DNA of 61,836 nt, the filler included, from Squatina squatina (Eukaryota): the NCBI GenBank assembly GCA_031763465.1. It is 3 parts of 3 records of this genome, joined end to end, with 100 filler letters (N's around TTAATTAATTAA, not from the genome) between each part and the next. Parts side by side here need not be neighbours in the genome. Positions count along the whole stretch, not along the records: positions 48,186 to 61,836 come from JARFOE010000016.1; 2 more parts are not named here. One strand, given 5' to 3'. Under the pieces are notes generated by a model. That model was not told the DNA's origin and ran no database searches. It worked only from the letters and a program-made list of their open reading frames with translations. A program made the translations under genes and the position numbers. Positions 48,771 to 61,836 of the stretch are shown one piece after another (the stretch's first letter is position 1; every line of letters begins with the position of its first letter).

Positions 48771-50008
48771 TAAAAAGTGTACAAATTAATATGCACAAGA
48801 ATTATTTATTTTTTTTAAAAAGGAAGAAAAAGCATAAAAATAGGCATGTTGGAAAACATCATTATTCAAGCAAAAAACTTCAAAACCTCAGGTTGTTTCA
48901 AAAATGCCATTATGAAGTAACATAGTTTTATAAATCAAATCATCTGCAAATTTTATATATGTGTCAATGTTGGAACGATATCAGTGTTTTCTTCGTCACA
49001 GGATAAAAGTGTTCTTTTTTCAAATGAGGAGTTTCTTTGGCAAAACATTTACCTAATGCCATGGTCAAAGGGACCACAATGATTTTTTCAGAAAAATTGG
49101 GCCATTAGAGAATCATTTGCTGGAACATTCCTTCAATGTTGCATCAAGTTTTTGAAGAATGTCAATTTTCAACTACATTCGAGCTAAGGCTCGTTTAAGT
49201 GATCCTGCACGCTCTTCAAACGAAAAAGGACATTTGTAAAAGAACTGCTTTGAATGAAAAATATCTATCAGTGTTTACTTTTGAAATTGTTGTTTGCTCA
49301 CAGGTGCAATATTAAACAATTGGGACAAAAACGGAGCACTGATAGTACTATAAAGGCCCAAACACTCATGTATTAACCAAATTAAAACCTACCCACCACA
49401 GACCACATAAATGCACCATGACTAACAATTCTTTCTTGCCTGGGTATTACCTTTAGCTGAATAACTTTTTGCTATAAAGTACACAGTAGTCATAATTTTC
49501 AGTAATCATGAATAAATTATATAATGGGCACATTTTGATCACCTCGAGCTTTTAGTTTGATCTCTGCTCATTCCGAACAAGAAATTAATATTTAAATGAT
49601 ATGATAATGAGTGAACAATTCATGTTTGCATCCCCAGTGGCCATGTTAACTGCTGCACACAGGTCACCAGAGGTACCCTGCCCTTCATTATTCATTTTTC
49701 CTCCTTTCTGTGTTGGGGGAGGGAGGGAAGAAGAGCTTTCATGGCTAATTCTGTTCCAATAGGGAAATAAGTGCATATGCCCAGTAATTTTGCTAATATT
49801 TTGTGGACACTTTTTCATGAGTTTTACAAAAAAAAATACATTTGGTTTCATTCGTGCACAAAGCATGTTATTCACCCATTCTATCAAAACAGAGTCACCA
49901 AGATGTTCAACAGAGGCAAGGGACATGTGTCAGACTTTTTACACTCGGAGTTGTCCACATTGGGTGGTTAAGATTATTTTTGCGATAGAGATTTGAAGAG
50001 AAGCTTAC

Positions 50009-50212
50009 CATCAGTACGCAGGACTAACGGGGTAGGTGGGCTCAGAACTCTCTTATTAGTTACTGTGTTTTCTATCTCGCAGATGTAAGCGCCAACATCC
50101 GATACCTCCACTTTTGATATGTATAAGTTTCCGGTTTTCTGAGACACAAAGCGACGATTGTCTTGTTCCACAAAGGTTGGAAACTGGTTAAATATCCAAG
50201 TATATTTCAGCT
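50009..50212 (-). CDS. Contactin family (CNTN5-like; CNTN3/4/6 not excluded) Ig-like domain 2 exon
   Basis: Acceptor tttttcAG at 50214-50213, donor GTAAGC at 50008, 204 nt, phase 1-1. Encodes [67 protein letters not shown]. Confidence 0.9.
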
Positions 50213-52467
50213 CTGAAAAACAGTAAATTGTTCCACGGAATTAGTACATTTGTTTCACGTCAGATCGAACCCTTCAAGAAATAAAGTACTGNNNNNNNNN
50301 NNNNNNNNNNNNNNNNNNNNNNNNNNNNNNNNNNNNNNNNNNNNNNNNNNNNNNNNNNNNNNNNNNNNNNNNNNNNNNNNNNNNNNNNNNNACTATGCAA
50401 CCCAAATTGTAGTGAATTTCACTGACGAAAATAAGCAGTGAAGTGGAAATTACCATTATGATCATTGATTAGCAAGTTGAGGTTGAAGAATGTAAAGCTT
50501 ATTAAATGTGCATTTTATGGAAATTACGAAAAGTCCTAAAAGACTAGTGTACAAAAGAAACATTTCCTCCTCCAGTAACCAAACACTAGCATCTTCAAAG
50601 AGGCAATTTGTTGATTTTTCACTGTGGTCAATTGACTGAACAATGTTTCAGTGAAAACGTGATCAGTTTCACAGGACTGATTTAAAAATAGAACAAAAGG
50701 CAATAAAGGCAGGTTCTTTGAGAATATCACAACTTCACGTTTTTTCCCCCTAACCTGTTCATCTGCTGTGTTGCAGAGAAATTAAATATTCTTTTTGAAA
50801 GCTTATGGAAAGATAGATTAAAGTCGTTCCATCAAATGTGTTCTGCTTGATGAGTAGAATTTCTGAATTAAGTGTATTTGTCTTCTACTTGCCACGTTCC
50901 TTATCAGCCAGGAATTTGTGATTGTAACGATGGCAAAGCTATTGGCAGTCGGTATCATTAATATGTAAAACTGACAGCAACTTCTGGTGTCAGCACATGC
51001 GCATTTAAATGCATAAATCTTGAAGTTGCTGTCAGTGATACCCTGCTCCTCCACAGGGTGCTCTGTTGCAATCCTTGCAGTTGGAAATCAACCAGATATC
51101 ACTGAAGTGAACTTCCACTTCTTATGCACGATTCTTGCTGTAAAAACCCTTTGAAACTAAACCTAGTTGAATGAGGTGTAACCAAGGTCTTATAGGCATG
51201 CTAAGTCATAATTACTNNNNNNNNNNNNNNNNNNNNNNNNNNNNNNNNNNNNNNNNNNNNNNNNNNNNNNNNNNNNNNNNNNNNNNNNNNNNNNNNNNNN
51301 NNNNNNNNNNNNNNNNCAACACAGCTTCAGTAGAGGGTAAATCTTACTTCAGTTATTCTCGACAAATTAAATTCTATGGTGAGAGCTCTGTTCGTATTCT
51401 GAGAAAACTGTCAAAGCTAAATTTCTGTATAAAAGCTATGAACCTATTAATTAAAAATTCCATGTCACAATCTAACTGTCTTTGAAAAAACAAGAAGTTA
51501 AACAATAGAAAACCACAGACCATTTGGTTCTTGAAATCTTGTCAAGATTTCCGAACGCAGAAATGAAAGCTAATTAAAGTAATCTAACTAAAAGAAAATT
51601 ATGTATCCTTGTCCACATACTAAGTGTACAGATTCATTTAACTGGCTATACTATGAGATTAAAAAACCTTCATGGTTCATTAATGTACAGGAACATAACT
51701 TCACTGAGGTAGTAACTAAATTGGCTTTCTGTGCTTGGGTTTGATGAATAGTTCAATCAGCTTTATTCACTGAAGACAACAACACTCACGAGGAGCATAA
51801 ATTGCAAGTTTACCTATGCTCACTTAATTGTAAGCAGATTGAACAATTTATCAAGTCAAATATAAAATCCACTGCAAATTGTCACCTCAATAAAGTTTCA
51901 TCTTGATTTACTAATAAAGTCTGGCACTTCAGACATGTTGCCATGTGACCTTTTTATACAAAATGTAAACTTGGAAACAGAGGGAAAAAAAGCACAGCTT
52001 GAATGTTTATCTCGGTTAAAAAATGAAAACCAAGTAAGCTTAACACCAAAGTATGTTGCGTGGTACAGCAGGGTTTGCAAGAAACATTGTTAATCTTGTT
52101 TGGCCCAAATATGTTTATGACTGATCCCTCAGCGAATATTTCTTTCTATTTCAGGCAGAAGATGGCTTAAGAGCTGATCGCATATTTTCTACCAACCACG
52201 GTTATGTTAAGATGACAGACTGCATTGCTCTGAGATATTACTTCAATTCAGGAGGTCAAATTCTTTACTTAGCTCTCTGAGACTTTTTATGCTTGGGAGC
52301 TGCTACAGTTTCAAAAAGGAAGACGTACAATTCCATAGCTGCTATAGATTGTGAACCACAAAATGTTCCAGAAATGTCAACTGATATCACCAACTATATT
52401 TTGCAGATTCTCTAAAGATTTACAGCTGTTCAATATTTTAGGATGAAATGACCTTCAAAGACAATGT

Positions 52468-53219
52468 CCCTGAGTTTGCGGTCAGAGGCTTCCCGCAGGG
52501 AAATGCCTCCGATTCGCAAATAAAATGCCCGCGTACCTGGTGGTCCGGGAGGTACAGAGATTCGCAGTCCTGGGCCTCTCTGGGTACCCATCGGAAGAGG
52601 CCCACGTATCCCAGGTTTGCACGTGGATCACAAGCATCGCTGGGATCACGTGGGCCGGCCCAACGAATAAAACAAGGGAATCCCCATTCTACTTATGCGA
52701 ATTCTATATGTATGAAAACCCCATAAGCATAAATAGGAACACCTCCAAAAATACATCGCAACATCAAATAAATTTAAAAAAAAAGCCCANNNNNNNNNNG
52801 GCCAAGCCAACGAAAGAAAGGGATCCCCATTCATGCTTATGGGGATTCCATCTGTATAGAATCACCATAACCGTGAATGGGAATAGCCCAAAAAATACAT
52901 GTCGATATCAAATACATATTTTAAAAAATTTAAAATTTAATTAAATACTTTAAACAAAAATTTAATTTTTTGAAAAATAAATGTAAATGTTTTAAAGGGG
53001 CTAAAAATAACCTTACATACAGGTTTGTTAATGTTTAAATGATTGGAAAAAAGATTTTTATGTTCATTTAAACTCTTACGCTGGTAACAGCTGGCCTTAC
53101 TCTCCGCCCGCGAATGCCCTTTTTCCGGGGATGTGTTGGGTCTGTCAAGAAGATTCGCCTGTGCTTCAGGCGTGAAAACCCAGGACTTGAGTGGCCCTTA
53201 CGGGGCCGCAAGTTATGGG
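52468..53219. mobile_element. MITE-like element with imperfect terminal inverted repeats
   Basis: ccctgagtttgcggtc (52468-52483) versus ggccgcaagttatggg (53204-53219); GC-rich arms, AT-rich core, internal duplicated block across a small gap. Confidence 0.55.
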
Positions 53220-53454
53220 TCATTAACATGTGTTTGAAGTAGAGCCTGTGACAATACAACTAAAATAATTTTCCTCAGCATCTTTGTAAAACACACATTC
53301 TTTTGATATGACGATACCTTGCGACTGGCACAATATGGAAAGTTGGTGTGTGTCCGGAACAACGACTTAAAATAACAGTTCATTTCACAACATTTGATTT
53401 TAATATTTCCAAATTAGAAAAAAATGCAACATATTGATAAAGGTCTAAAAAGGA

Positions 53455-53667
53455 ACATAGAACATAAGAAATAGGAGCAGGAGTCGGCCATTCAGCCCCT
53501 CGAGTCTGCTCTGCCATTCAAGGAGATCATGGCTGATCTGATTCTGACCTCAACTCCACTTTCCTGCCTGTTCTCCAGAACCGTTGACTCCCTTGTTGCT
53601 CAAAAATCTGTCTATCCCTGCCTTGAATCTATCCAATGACTCAGCCTCCACAGCACTTTGGGGCAAA
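53455..53667 (-). mobile_element. CR1-type 3' end
   Basis: acatagaacataagaaataggagcaggagtcggccattcagccc tail. Confidence 0.85.
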
Positions 53668-56600
53668 NNNNNNNNNNNNNNNNNNNNNNNNNNNNNNNNN
53701 NNNNNNNNNNNNNNNNNNNNNNNNNNNNNNNNNNNNNNNNNNNNNNNNNNNNNNNNNNNNNNNNNNNCATGCTACATGACCATTACTTGTTCGATATTAA
53801 CAGGCTCCTCATCCACTGTCATCAACTTAGCCCAGCAAAACGGCAATCATGACAGAAGCGGGAAGAAAAAGACAATGTTAATAATTCATCAAAATAAAGA
53901 CAGGTAAGGGGTAAAGTACTGACATATATAGATTTTCTTTTGAGCTTTAAATGCACGTACTCAAAACCAACACATACTGCACAACAAGGGACATCACACA
54001 CGTTTGTATTTCACCCATCTTCATCCATTATTCTACTGGTAAACAGAACAATGTCAATAGTAAACTAATTTCTTCGAGAGAGACCATCATATGATTATTG
54101 ACTTTGTGAAATTACTCACGCCATGTTGTGCCTCACCTTCTTGCTGTGCATCAGTCAATGTTCCTGAGCAACTAACACAAGATTAATGTTTCTGCACTGC
54201 ATGGTTTTCGACAGTATTTCATTCAATTGCCTGCACAAGAAATTACTACAGGCAATACTTACCATGTTGCCACATTATGATTAGATGCGGACAAAAAGAT
54301 GTAATGCAAATCAAAAAGCAAAAAAAAGCCCAAAGGTCAACGAACCCAACGTCAATTGGGGTGTTTGAAGGCAGTGATCTATGTGTGCATTTGTCACCGT
54401 TGCAGATGTCTTTGCACTTCCCATGGGCTCATGAAAAGAAAAGCAGGTCTAGACTTGTGGAACGGGCATTGACAGATTAGCCAAAGAAACAGCAGCACAG
54501 GAGATCAGCAGGAAGCCATCACAATGCTTAAGCACTTGAGACTATTGGGTGATTAAGAAGGTTTTCAATATCTACCAGCCATGCATAACTTTAGTTATTA
54601 GGGTCAGTACTCAGCACACTTTTGGTGTATTATTGGAGGATGGTATTCCGGCATTTAAATGGTTAAGTAGTTCCACAATATATTAGGATTATANNNNNNN
54701 NNNNNNNNNNNNNNNNNNNNNNNNNNNNNNNNNNNNNNNNNNNNNNNNNNNNNNNNNNNNNNNNNNNNNNNNNNNNNNNNNNNNNNNNNNNNNAATACAG
54801 AGTCGTGCTGTTATGACTGCTAAGTAGCTTCTTGGCAGGAATACAGAGCAGGGTTATCATTTGCAAAGGAAGTGACCCAAGTTGATTTTATTTCTGTCCT
54901 AAACATTTTTAGTCAAACTGTGACTCAGTGTTAGATGGGCATCTTTTACATTCTATATGCCTGAAAGTGATCACAAACAGACTGCTGCTCACCACAAATG
55001 TGGCCTCACACTTGCAGAAGCCAACGTTCAATCCATGAGACAGCTTGATAAAGGTATTGCTGTATTCGCCAAACTCAACTTTGCAGCTGCTGCTGTGGCA
55101 CTGTGACATTATCTGATGTTACAATTGCTACAGCAGCACTGGTGTGCATCCTTATGCCAAGGCTGTCTTCCACCAAAGGGTAACATGCTCGCTATTTGAT
55201 TAAGGGTAAGCTTCCAGCTGGATAAAACAAATAAATTAGGAAAGCAGCCAAGTGATGTGCTAAAATATGATTACTGTGTAAATAAATCTGGGATCATATT
55301 GTTTGATGAAATGCTTTTTTCCCCCCAACCTACCACTGAGAAATCAGCTAATGAATGCAATGTGGTGCCTGATTTATGCATTACAACCGTGCACNNNNNN
55401 NNNNNNNNNNNNNNNNNNNNNNNNNNNNNNNNNNNNNNNNNNNNNNNNNNNNNNNNNNNNNNNNNNNNNNNNNNNNNNNNNNNNNNNNNNNNNNGACAGC
55501 CCTCTATCTCACTTCCGGGGCGGTACAGCCAATACTGCGCCGCGAGCAGTACCTCTGGGCCTGGCACAAGAAATCCTGGCCCCGAAGCAGCGGCAGGGAA
55601 TTTCTACCCCCATGAGTTCCCTTTCAGGGGCTGTCGGGAGTGAAGTGTCACATCAAAATGGCACTTATTGAAGACTGCAAAGGATTATTGTATCATCACT
55701 CTGGAAAACCACAGGGAGTAGTAAGAGAGATAACTTGTAACTGGGAACCAAAATCACAGGACATTTTAAGTACATTTGAATTTAAAACAGTGTTTCTCTG
55801 TCAGTTGAAAAATAAGCAATAGGGCTGCACCTTAATGAGTNNNNNNNNNNAGTGTTGAGATATCAGAAATTGAGAGGGAGTGAATTAGAATGTCTTCATT
55901 AAATGATATCAACCTCAATGAAATGGAGTATCTTATTTGAAAACTGCAAAATTACAAATTGATAGAATTAGAAAAGTCTGATTTGAAATTAATACAACTG
56001 ATTAATAGCAGAACACAATATCAATTTCAAAAACAATTCTCGTTAAATCTGGATTTGTGCAGTTTGATGCAAACTGGTTGCCAGAACTAAAATTACTAAC
56101 CAACACCAAGCCCAGCAGTGGAATTAAAATATGGTCTGAATTAATTTGCATAGTTAAATAATTATATGCTACAAGACCTTTTTGGCAAAGTTCCAGAATG
56201 ACAAAATGTCATAAATCATTCAATGAAGTTCCTGTAATATGTGAAAAATACACTATACGTGCTGTCATTGTCATTTAGCAGGCAGTATACCTCTTGCTGG
56301 TTATGACATGCTGTTTTACAAAACACATCAAAATAAATTTCCACACTGTCCCCTTCCATTTTGTTCAGCAGACAGAACCCCAAACGCCACACAATTTGAA
56401 TAACTGAACAATAGACCAGAAAAGGTCACATGAGTGAGTTCTCAGAAATTGGAGGAAAGCCCTTGAACTTTGTTGGAATCCTGTATAAAGCCTTTTTTCT
56501 CCAGGTTCAAGCAATTATCTGAGGCTAGCATATGTTGAATTGTGAATGGTTTAGAATGAATATAGAAGTATATGTGACCTTCAGTCGATTTTGTGCTTGT

Positions 56601-56939
56601 GAATAAATGGGACCCTGTATGTACCTATAATTCACACCCTGAATAGTCGTGTTTTATTGATGTGTAATGTTAGTGCTTCATCGGGAGGATCATAGAATCA
56701 TAGAATGCTACAGCATAGGAACAGGCCTTCAGGCCCATCAACTTTGTGTCAGCGTTTTCTCCTCTTGATCCATCTGGTCGAAACCCAGTGTCAAAATTAC
56801 TCCAAATATCCTTTATTATTCCATTTTCAAGCAATTATTNNNNNNNNNNNNNNNNNNNNNNNNNNNNNNNNNNNNNNNNNNNNNNNNNNNNNNNNNNNNN
56901 NNNNNNNNNNNNNNNNNNNNNNNNNNNNNNNNNNNNNNN

Positions 56940-57050
56940 AAAATGCTGGAAATACTCAGCAGGTCAGGCAGTATCTCGACCTGAGACGTTAACTCTGTTT
57001 CTCACTCTACAGATGCTGCCCGACCTGCTGAGTATTTCCAGCATTTTCTG
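56940..57050. mobile_element. Inverted pair of Penelope-like terminal fragments (fold-back)
   Basis: 37-bp arms (56940-56976 and 57011-57047) with 2 mismatches and a 34-nt spacer holding half of the hammerhead motif. Confidence 0.85.
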
Positions 57051-60000
57051 TCTTCTCAGAGGCCTTCCTTTACCATCCAAATCCTTGCAAACATCCTGCA
57101 GCACTCCCTGTACTCCCTGCATGCTCTAAAAACTTTTAACTTCTATTGCACCAAGCCACTACTTCAATAAAATATTTTTTAAAAGTCCAAAAGCTTAAAT
57201 TCAAACCTACCTGAAAGATGTGTGTGTCCCTTTAAGAAGTGCTGACAGCATCCTTGTAGGGCTGCTTCACGCACGCTTTTCTGTATATAGTTAGGACACA
57301 GCGTAAAGGAGAGCGAGAACATCCAAATTAGCAGTTGTGGTGTCAAGCCAGGTGTTGGACGCCGATTTACGTCATAAACTGCTAATTTACATTTGAGAGG
57401 CCAGCGCTGTTAATGGCAGCACTATGGTCCTTATCAAAATATTGGTGCCATGTCTTGCGTCAGAAGTGGGCGGATACAAGGCAGTCGCCATTTTTTCTAC
57501 AAGTCGGGCCTTAACGGCCAGCGCTAGAATATTGAATTTTTAGGCTCATGTCTTTATTCATGAAGCCAAAGATGCAAAGATCATTTGAACCTTTGAATTG
57601 AATGTCAGCCTTGCAGCTACAGTCTATATAATTCAGGTGATCTAAGTGGACAGCATAGGTTTGTGGATTCATGTGCTTCAGTTAGTTTGATAATTATCTG
57701 TAATATTTCTCAGATTAACACAGCAACATTATTTTCTTACAATGAAACCTTATTACAATCCTGAACAAAAAGGAACTTTTTCCTTGATCCTGAGAGAAGC
57801 TCAATTATGTTCAGTGAAGGAGCTCAACCTTGATGAAATGAACCTTTTGATAAGATCTACTTCTCCAGACCCCAGGAGCTTTGTAATAACATAGCCTGAA
57901 TATATGGACTTGGTAGCTGAAGTCTTCATTATTTTATCTGCTGCAGTTAGCTGACCTTACTTAAGTGAGTCTGAATTATTTGTTTCTACATATATTCTCC
58001 ACAACACCAGTGCTCACTCCTGCAGGCTTATTTGAAATGTTACAGCATTGTTAAAGACACAATATATTCATCCCAGACAAGCATGGATATTTTATAATAC
58101 ATTTTGACCTAAAGTAATGGAACCTTTAACACAAAAGTAAACATTCATGTAAATGTACAGTTTTCAGCACATTTAAAGAAGTTTAATAAATCAGTAATCA
58201 TAAAGTCACACATCTTTTTCACACCCAAGCCAAAACTTGCATATGATGAAAGTAATTCATCTAAGAAGAAATGCATTGCATTTTCCTAAGCTACTTTGTG
58301 AATATGAAAGACTTAATCAAGTTCATTTGACCAAATTCGGGTTTATACTGAGTTCGACTGAGTGTTTTTTTTTAATGAAAGCACCACAGGAATATAATTA
58401 AAACAGTAGGAACAGCCACCCAATTTAAAACCAAATTCAGCCTCTTCTGGGCACCTTAAATCACTTCAATAATTACTTTGATTATGTCTTAGACTAATTT
58501 CAAATAACACAATCTAGTAAATTCCACATTATAAGCCATGAATATTTAAATTTAAAAATTCAAGTGTGTCAGCAAATCATGAGCTGAACCAGTTGGCCCA
58601 CACACAGTTACAAAGTGAAGTGCACTCATCTTAATCTCAATCTACTGTGAACTTCCCACAAGTGGAACTTCTTTCTGTGATTTAGATTCAACCTTTTATT
58701 AAACTTATTTGTCGTTAATGTGGACCATAACCTTTTCAGCAAGTATTTAATTGAACACCTCTGGCTTCAAAGTGATTGAACAAAAATGTTGTGAATGTAA
58801 TCCAGTAAGGAGGTAGTGGCTGAGGGTTTGCACTTCAGAGCTCCGCAGCCCACAAATATCTTGTCCATTAAAATGAATGGGAGGAAATCATGGATTGATG
58901 AGCTGACAAGTGGAAACCACAGCTAGTAACTTAGATTTGGAATTGGGCAAGTCGTACCAACCAATATGCTGTGTGCTGACCCTGCTGTAGCTCCGAGGTC
59001 AACCTCATTCAAATATTAAGGGTGAGCTCAAGTTGTCAAAACTGCCTCTGATTAGGATCTCCCCCTTTAAAGGATAGATCAGGTGTTGCTGCAGGATTTG
59101 AAGGCTTGCATGAGTTTAAAGGGGCCTGGCGTTGCATAATTTCCAAGAGACAGTGAAGCAACATTTGGGGAAGAGAACATGTCTGGAAAGAGTGCAGATA
59201 ATGCGTAGGTTTTCTGACAGAAGAGTGGGTAGATTTGGCAAAGACAGGGCCCCAAGGAGAATTACCCAGAAGTACTTGGAGTAGGACACCGGATTCAAAA
59301 TCACCAGTCCAAATATGTGTAAACAGAACAGGAAGAAGTTTAATATGACGTTACTAGCAGGTAAGATTTTAAAAAAACTCAGACTTCCATTAACGCACTC
59401 CACAATGTACATCTACCACTTACAATTATCTTCCCTCACATGCTCCAAGTGCTTAAAATCCTTATTATGAGGCAGCAGGGTGTCATTTACCATCCCCCAA
59501 ATCTCTCTCTCACCTGAAACTATTCCTGCATGCATTAACTGCACAAGATGACCAGAAAACATCCTTCAACAAGCTTGGAAATCAGGTCGCAAGAACCCCA
59601 ATGTCACTGGATCATAATAACTGCTGTCATGCTGCTCAGTGGCCATGGTGAAGCATTGCCCAGTAGCACAAGCATAGCTGGAATGAGGACAGATGACTAT
59701 GATGCTGTCTCTCAAGATGACCACACATCTGGAACCTCACATCACCCTCCTCCATTGGCTGCACAAGTGCAAGAAAGTGACTGAAGTGGCTCATACTGCA
59801 GTGGGCCTTCTTAGAGCCTTCCTACAGTGGTCAATGACCGTCTCAATCACATTGCCCACAATTTTCTGATATGCATGGGCGGCAGATGAGGTTCATTGAC
59901 ATCATTGCATATTCAGAGATTTTAGTGCTCCTGTCTCTGGGGACCACATAGAAGAAGCTACAGATTACAGCCACTAACAAGGTCACCAGGGTGGTAAACA

Positions 60001-61109
60001 GTAGCAATACAAGCAGTTCATATGTAAGTAAATAAAAATTTGCTGCGTTAAAGTTGTACTGCGTTCAGAGAATATTCTTGTTNNNNNNNNNNNNNNNNNN
60101 NNNNNNNNNNNNNNNNNNNNNNNNNNNNNNNNNNNNNNNNNNNNNNNNNNNNNNNNNNNNNNNNNNNNNNNNNNNNNNNNNNAAAGTTGCGTTACAAAAA
60201 GATGAAGAGGATCCATGGAGAACAATAAACGAGGAATAATGTCAGTGGGGAGCCACTCTTTGTTTTCACATTGTTATTGTGTTACTTCTACTCTGCAATC
60301 TTAAATAATTAAATTGCCATTGCCTCGTGTTCCCTGGACATTAAAGGTGTATTGCACAATGATGCATGCTGCCATATAAGATTTTGCTCCAAGACATATG
60401 CCGAACCAGCTGCCTTTTTACTTGGCTTTGTCAGCAATTTTGCAAATAATAAGTTTTGTGCAAGGTTGGTACTTTCAACCTTTGATACATCTCCAGTATA
60501 ACCTTTGGAGCTTCCGACCTTCTCCTTGTCTGCTTCTTACTTTACATATTGTTCTTACCCTCATTAGTATTTACAGCCCTTGTCAAATAATGCCTGTAAT
60601 GTTCAAAATCAAGACACTCGGATGATTTAAGGAGCTGGATTACAGAACCACAGAATCAACATGGAAGACACAAACAGTAGCTTCAAGTAATCAGAAATTA
60701 AAAATTTTAATCTTGAATGTCAGCAANNNNNNNNNNTTTATCTTCAAAGCTACTATCACAGGACAGTATTTTAACCTAATAAAGCTTGCTTCTATTCAGC
60801 AGCATAATGTATTAGATTATAGCTATATAAAGAAGGATTCCAACTGAATGGAAACTGGACCAGTGATAAATAGAAAGACTTTCCAAGAGAGCAAACCTTT
60901 CATTAATCTTCATCAGAACTGCTAATGATCTGAAGCTACTGTAATCACAAATAACAAAGAATTAAATAAAAATGCAGCAGTGAACAAAAAGCACACACAA
61001 CTATTATTGAATGTTGTAATAAAAGTCAGAGGGGTGTGTATCCAGGGCTTAGAACACACTATTTTCCATTTTTACATTCTCCTTTCCTTTGCCTTGTGTC
61101 AAAACAGAC

Positions 61110-61836
61110 AATGGGCTGGATTTTGCAGAAGGTCAGCGGGCGTGAATGATGGCGGGTCGGGTGGGAAAGTGTTTTTTTTTTCGCCCAGTGGGTTGGGACC
61201 CTGCTGTCAACCCACTACCATGCACCTTTACCAAATGTTGGGTCTCTCAGCGCTGAGCAGACCCAACACGCAGTGGCGGGGGAGGCAATTAAAATCATTC
61301 ATGGCTTGTTTACAGTCACTTAACAATGATTTTTTCCCCAGCTTTTTGAATTTGACAGGTAGACTGCTGTGTCTAGACCTCACCTATGAAGCTGAGGCAG
61401 GAGGTCACTTTTCATTGAATCAGCTGATGAGTTGACAGCTTCAAGCATCAAGTCCATTCAGTCTGACCTCATTACCTCTGCCACCATTGTCAGATCGCTT
61501 CTGTCATCACTACCTCACCTGCCATCTATTCCATCAACACGCCTGTCATTGAAACTCTCCCACCTTGGTCCTCAGAATCCCACCACGATCAGCCCAAACA
61601 CCAGCATCACCAGGCATACCAACAGCACCAACAACAACTTTCTTCACAATCAACTGATGCTGCACAGGGCACAGGGTATCAGCACCCAACCACATTGCTG
61701 CCTGGGAGGCCAGAGATGGTCTCACCATGGCCAGATTTATTTCACATGACGCTGAACACTCTGGCTGTCAAATGATGCCCAGGTTGGCTCCACCTCACAC
61801 CAGCACCATAAAGCATCCATGAAATGCCCAAGCCAT
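61110..61836. mobile_element. Old GC-richer DNA-transposon-like remnant, truncated by the window end
   Basis: Starts with gggctggatttt, similar in style to other GC-rich repeat ends here. No clear transposase motif. Confidence 0.3.

Noticed and set aside
57457-57472. gcgtcagaagtggg resembling a tRNA-Leu primer-binding site
   Set aside because: Partial match without TGG, and no adjacent LTR or gag.
59470-59960. Possible Harbinger transposase remnant
   Set aside because: Composition is suggestive but no DDE motif could be read in any frame.

Overview
This is eukaryotic (vertebrate) genomic DNA, most likely from a cartilaginous fish, judged from the repeat complement (CR1/L2 LINEs, a Deu-domain SINE, Penelope-like elements) and a two-exon GPR139-like receptor. 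It is not one locus. Two artificial 100-bp spacers (44 N + TTAATTAATTAA + 44 N, at 25489-25588 and 48086-48185) join three fragments, and many internal 100-N gaps are of unknown true size. Fragment 1 (1-25488) is repeat-dense. It holds an intact 326-aa GPR139/GPR142-like orphan GPCR (minus strand, 2 exons), a Penelope-like element sitting inside a 65-bp minisatellite, and a decayed retrovirus-like pol (RT, tether, RNase H, integrase) interrupted by a CR1 LINE. Fragment 2 (25589-48085) holds the last two coding exons and 3' UTR of KLF12 (+), convergent with partial exons of KLF5 (-), plus a Penelope-derived minimal hammerhead ribozyme motif and a Vingi-like LINE end. Fragment 3 (48186-61836) is mostly intron with one contactin (CNTN5-like) Ig-domain exon (-). 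No rRNA, tRNA or CRISPR array was seen, and most ORFs in the track are repeat debris or N-spanning artefacts. I cannot support a wholly new multi-gene system. The best leads are the orphan GPCR, the dual-RNase-H retroelement with a tandemly amplified catalytic motif, and the hammerhead motifs. Family assignments come from motif recognition, not database searches, and repeat boundaries are approximate.
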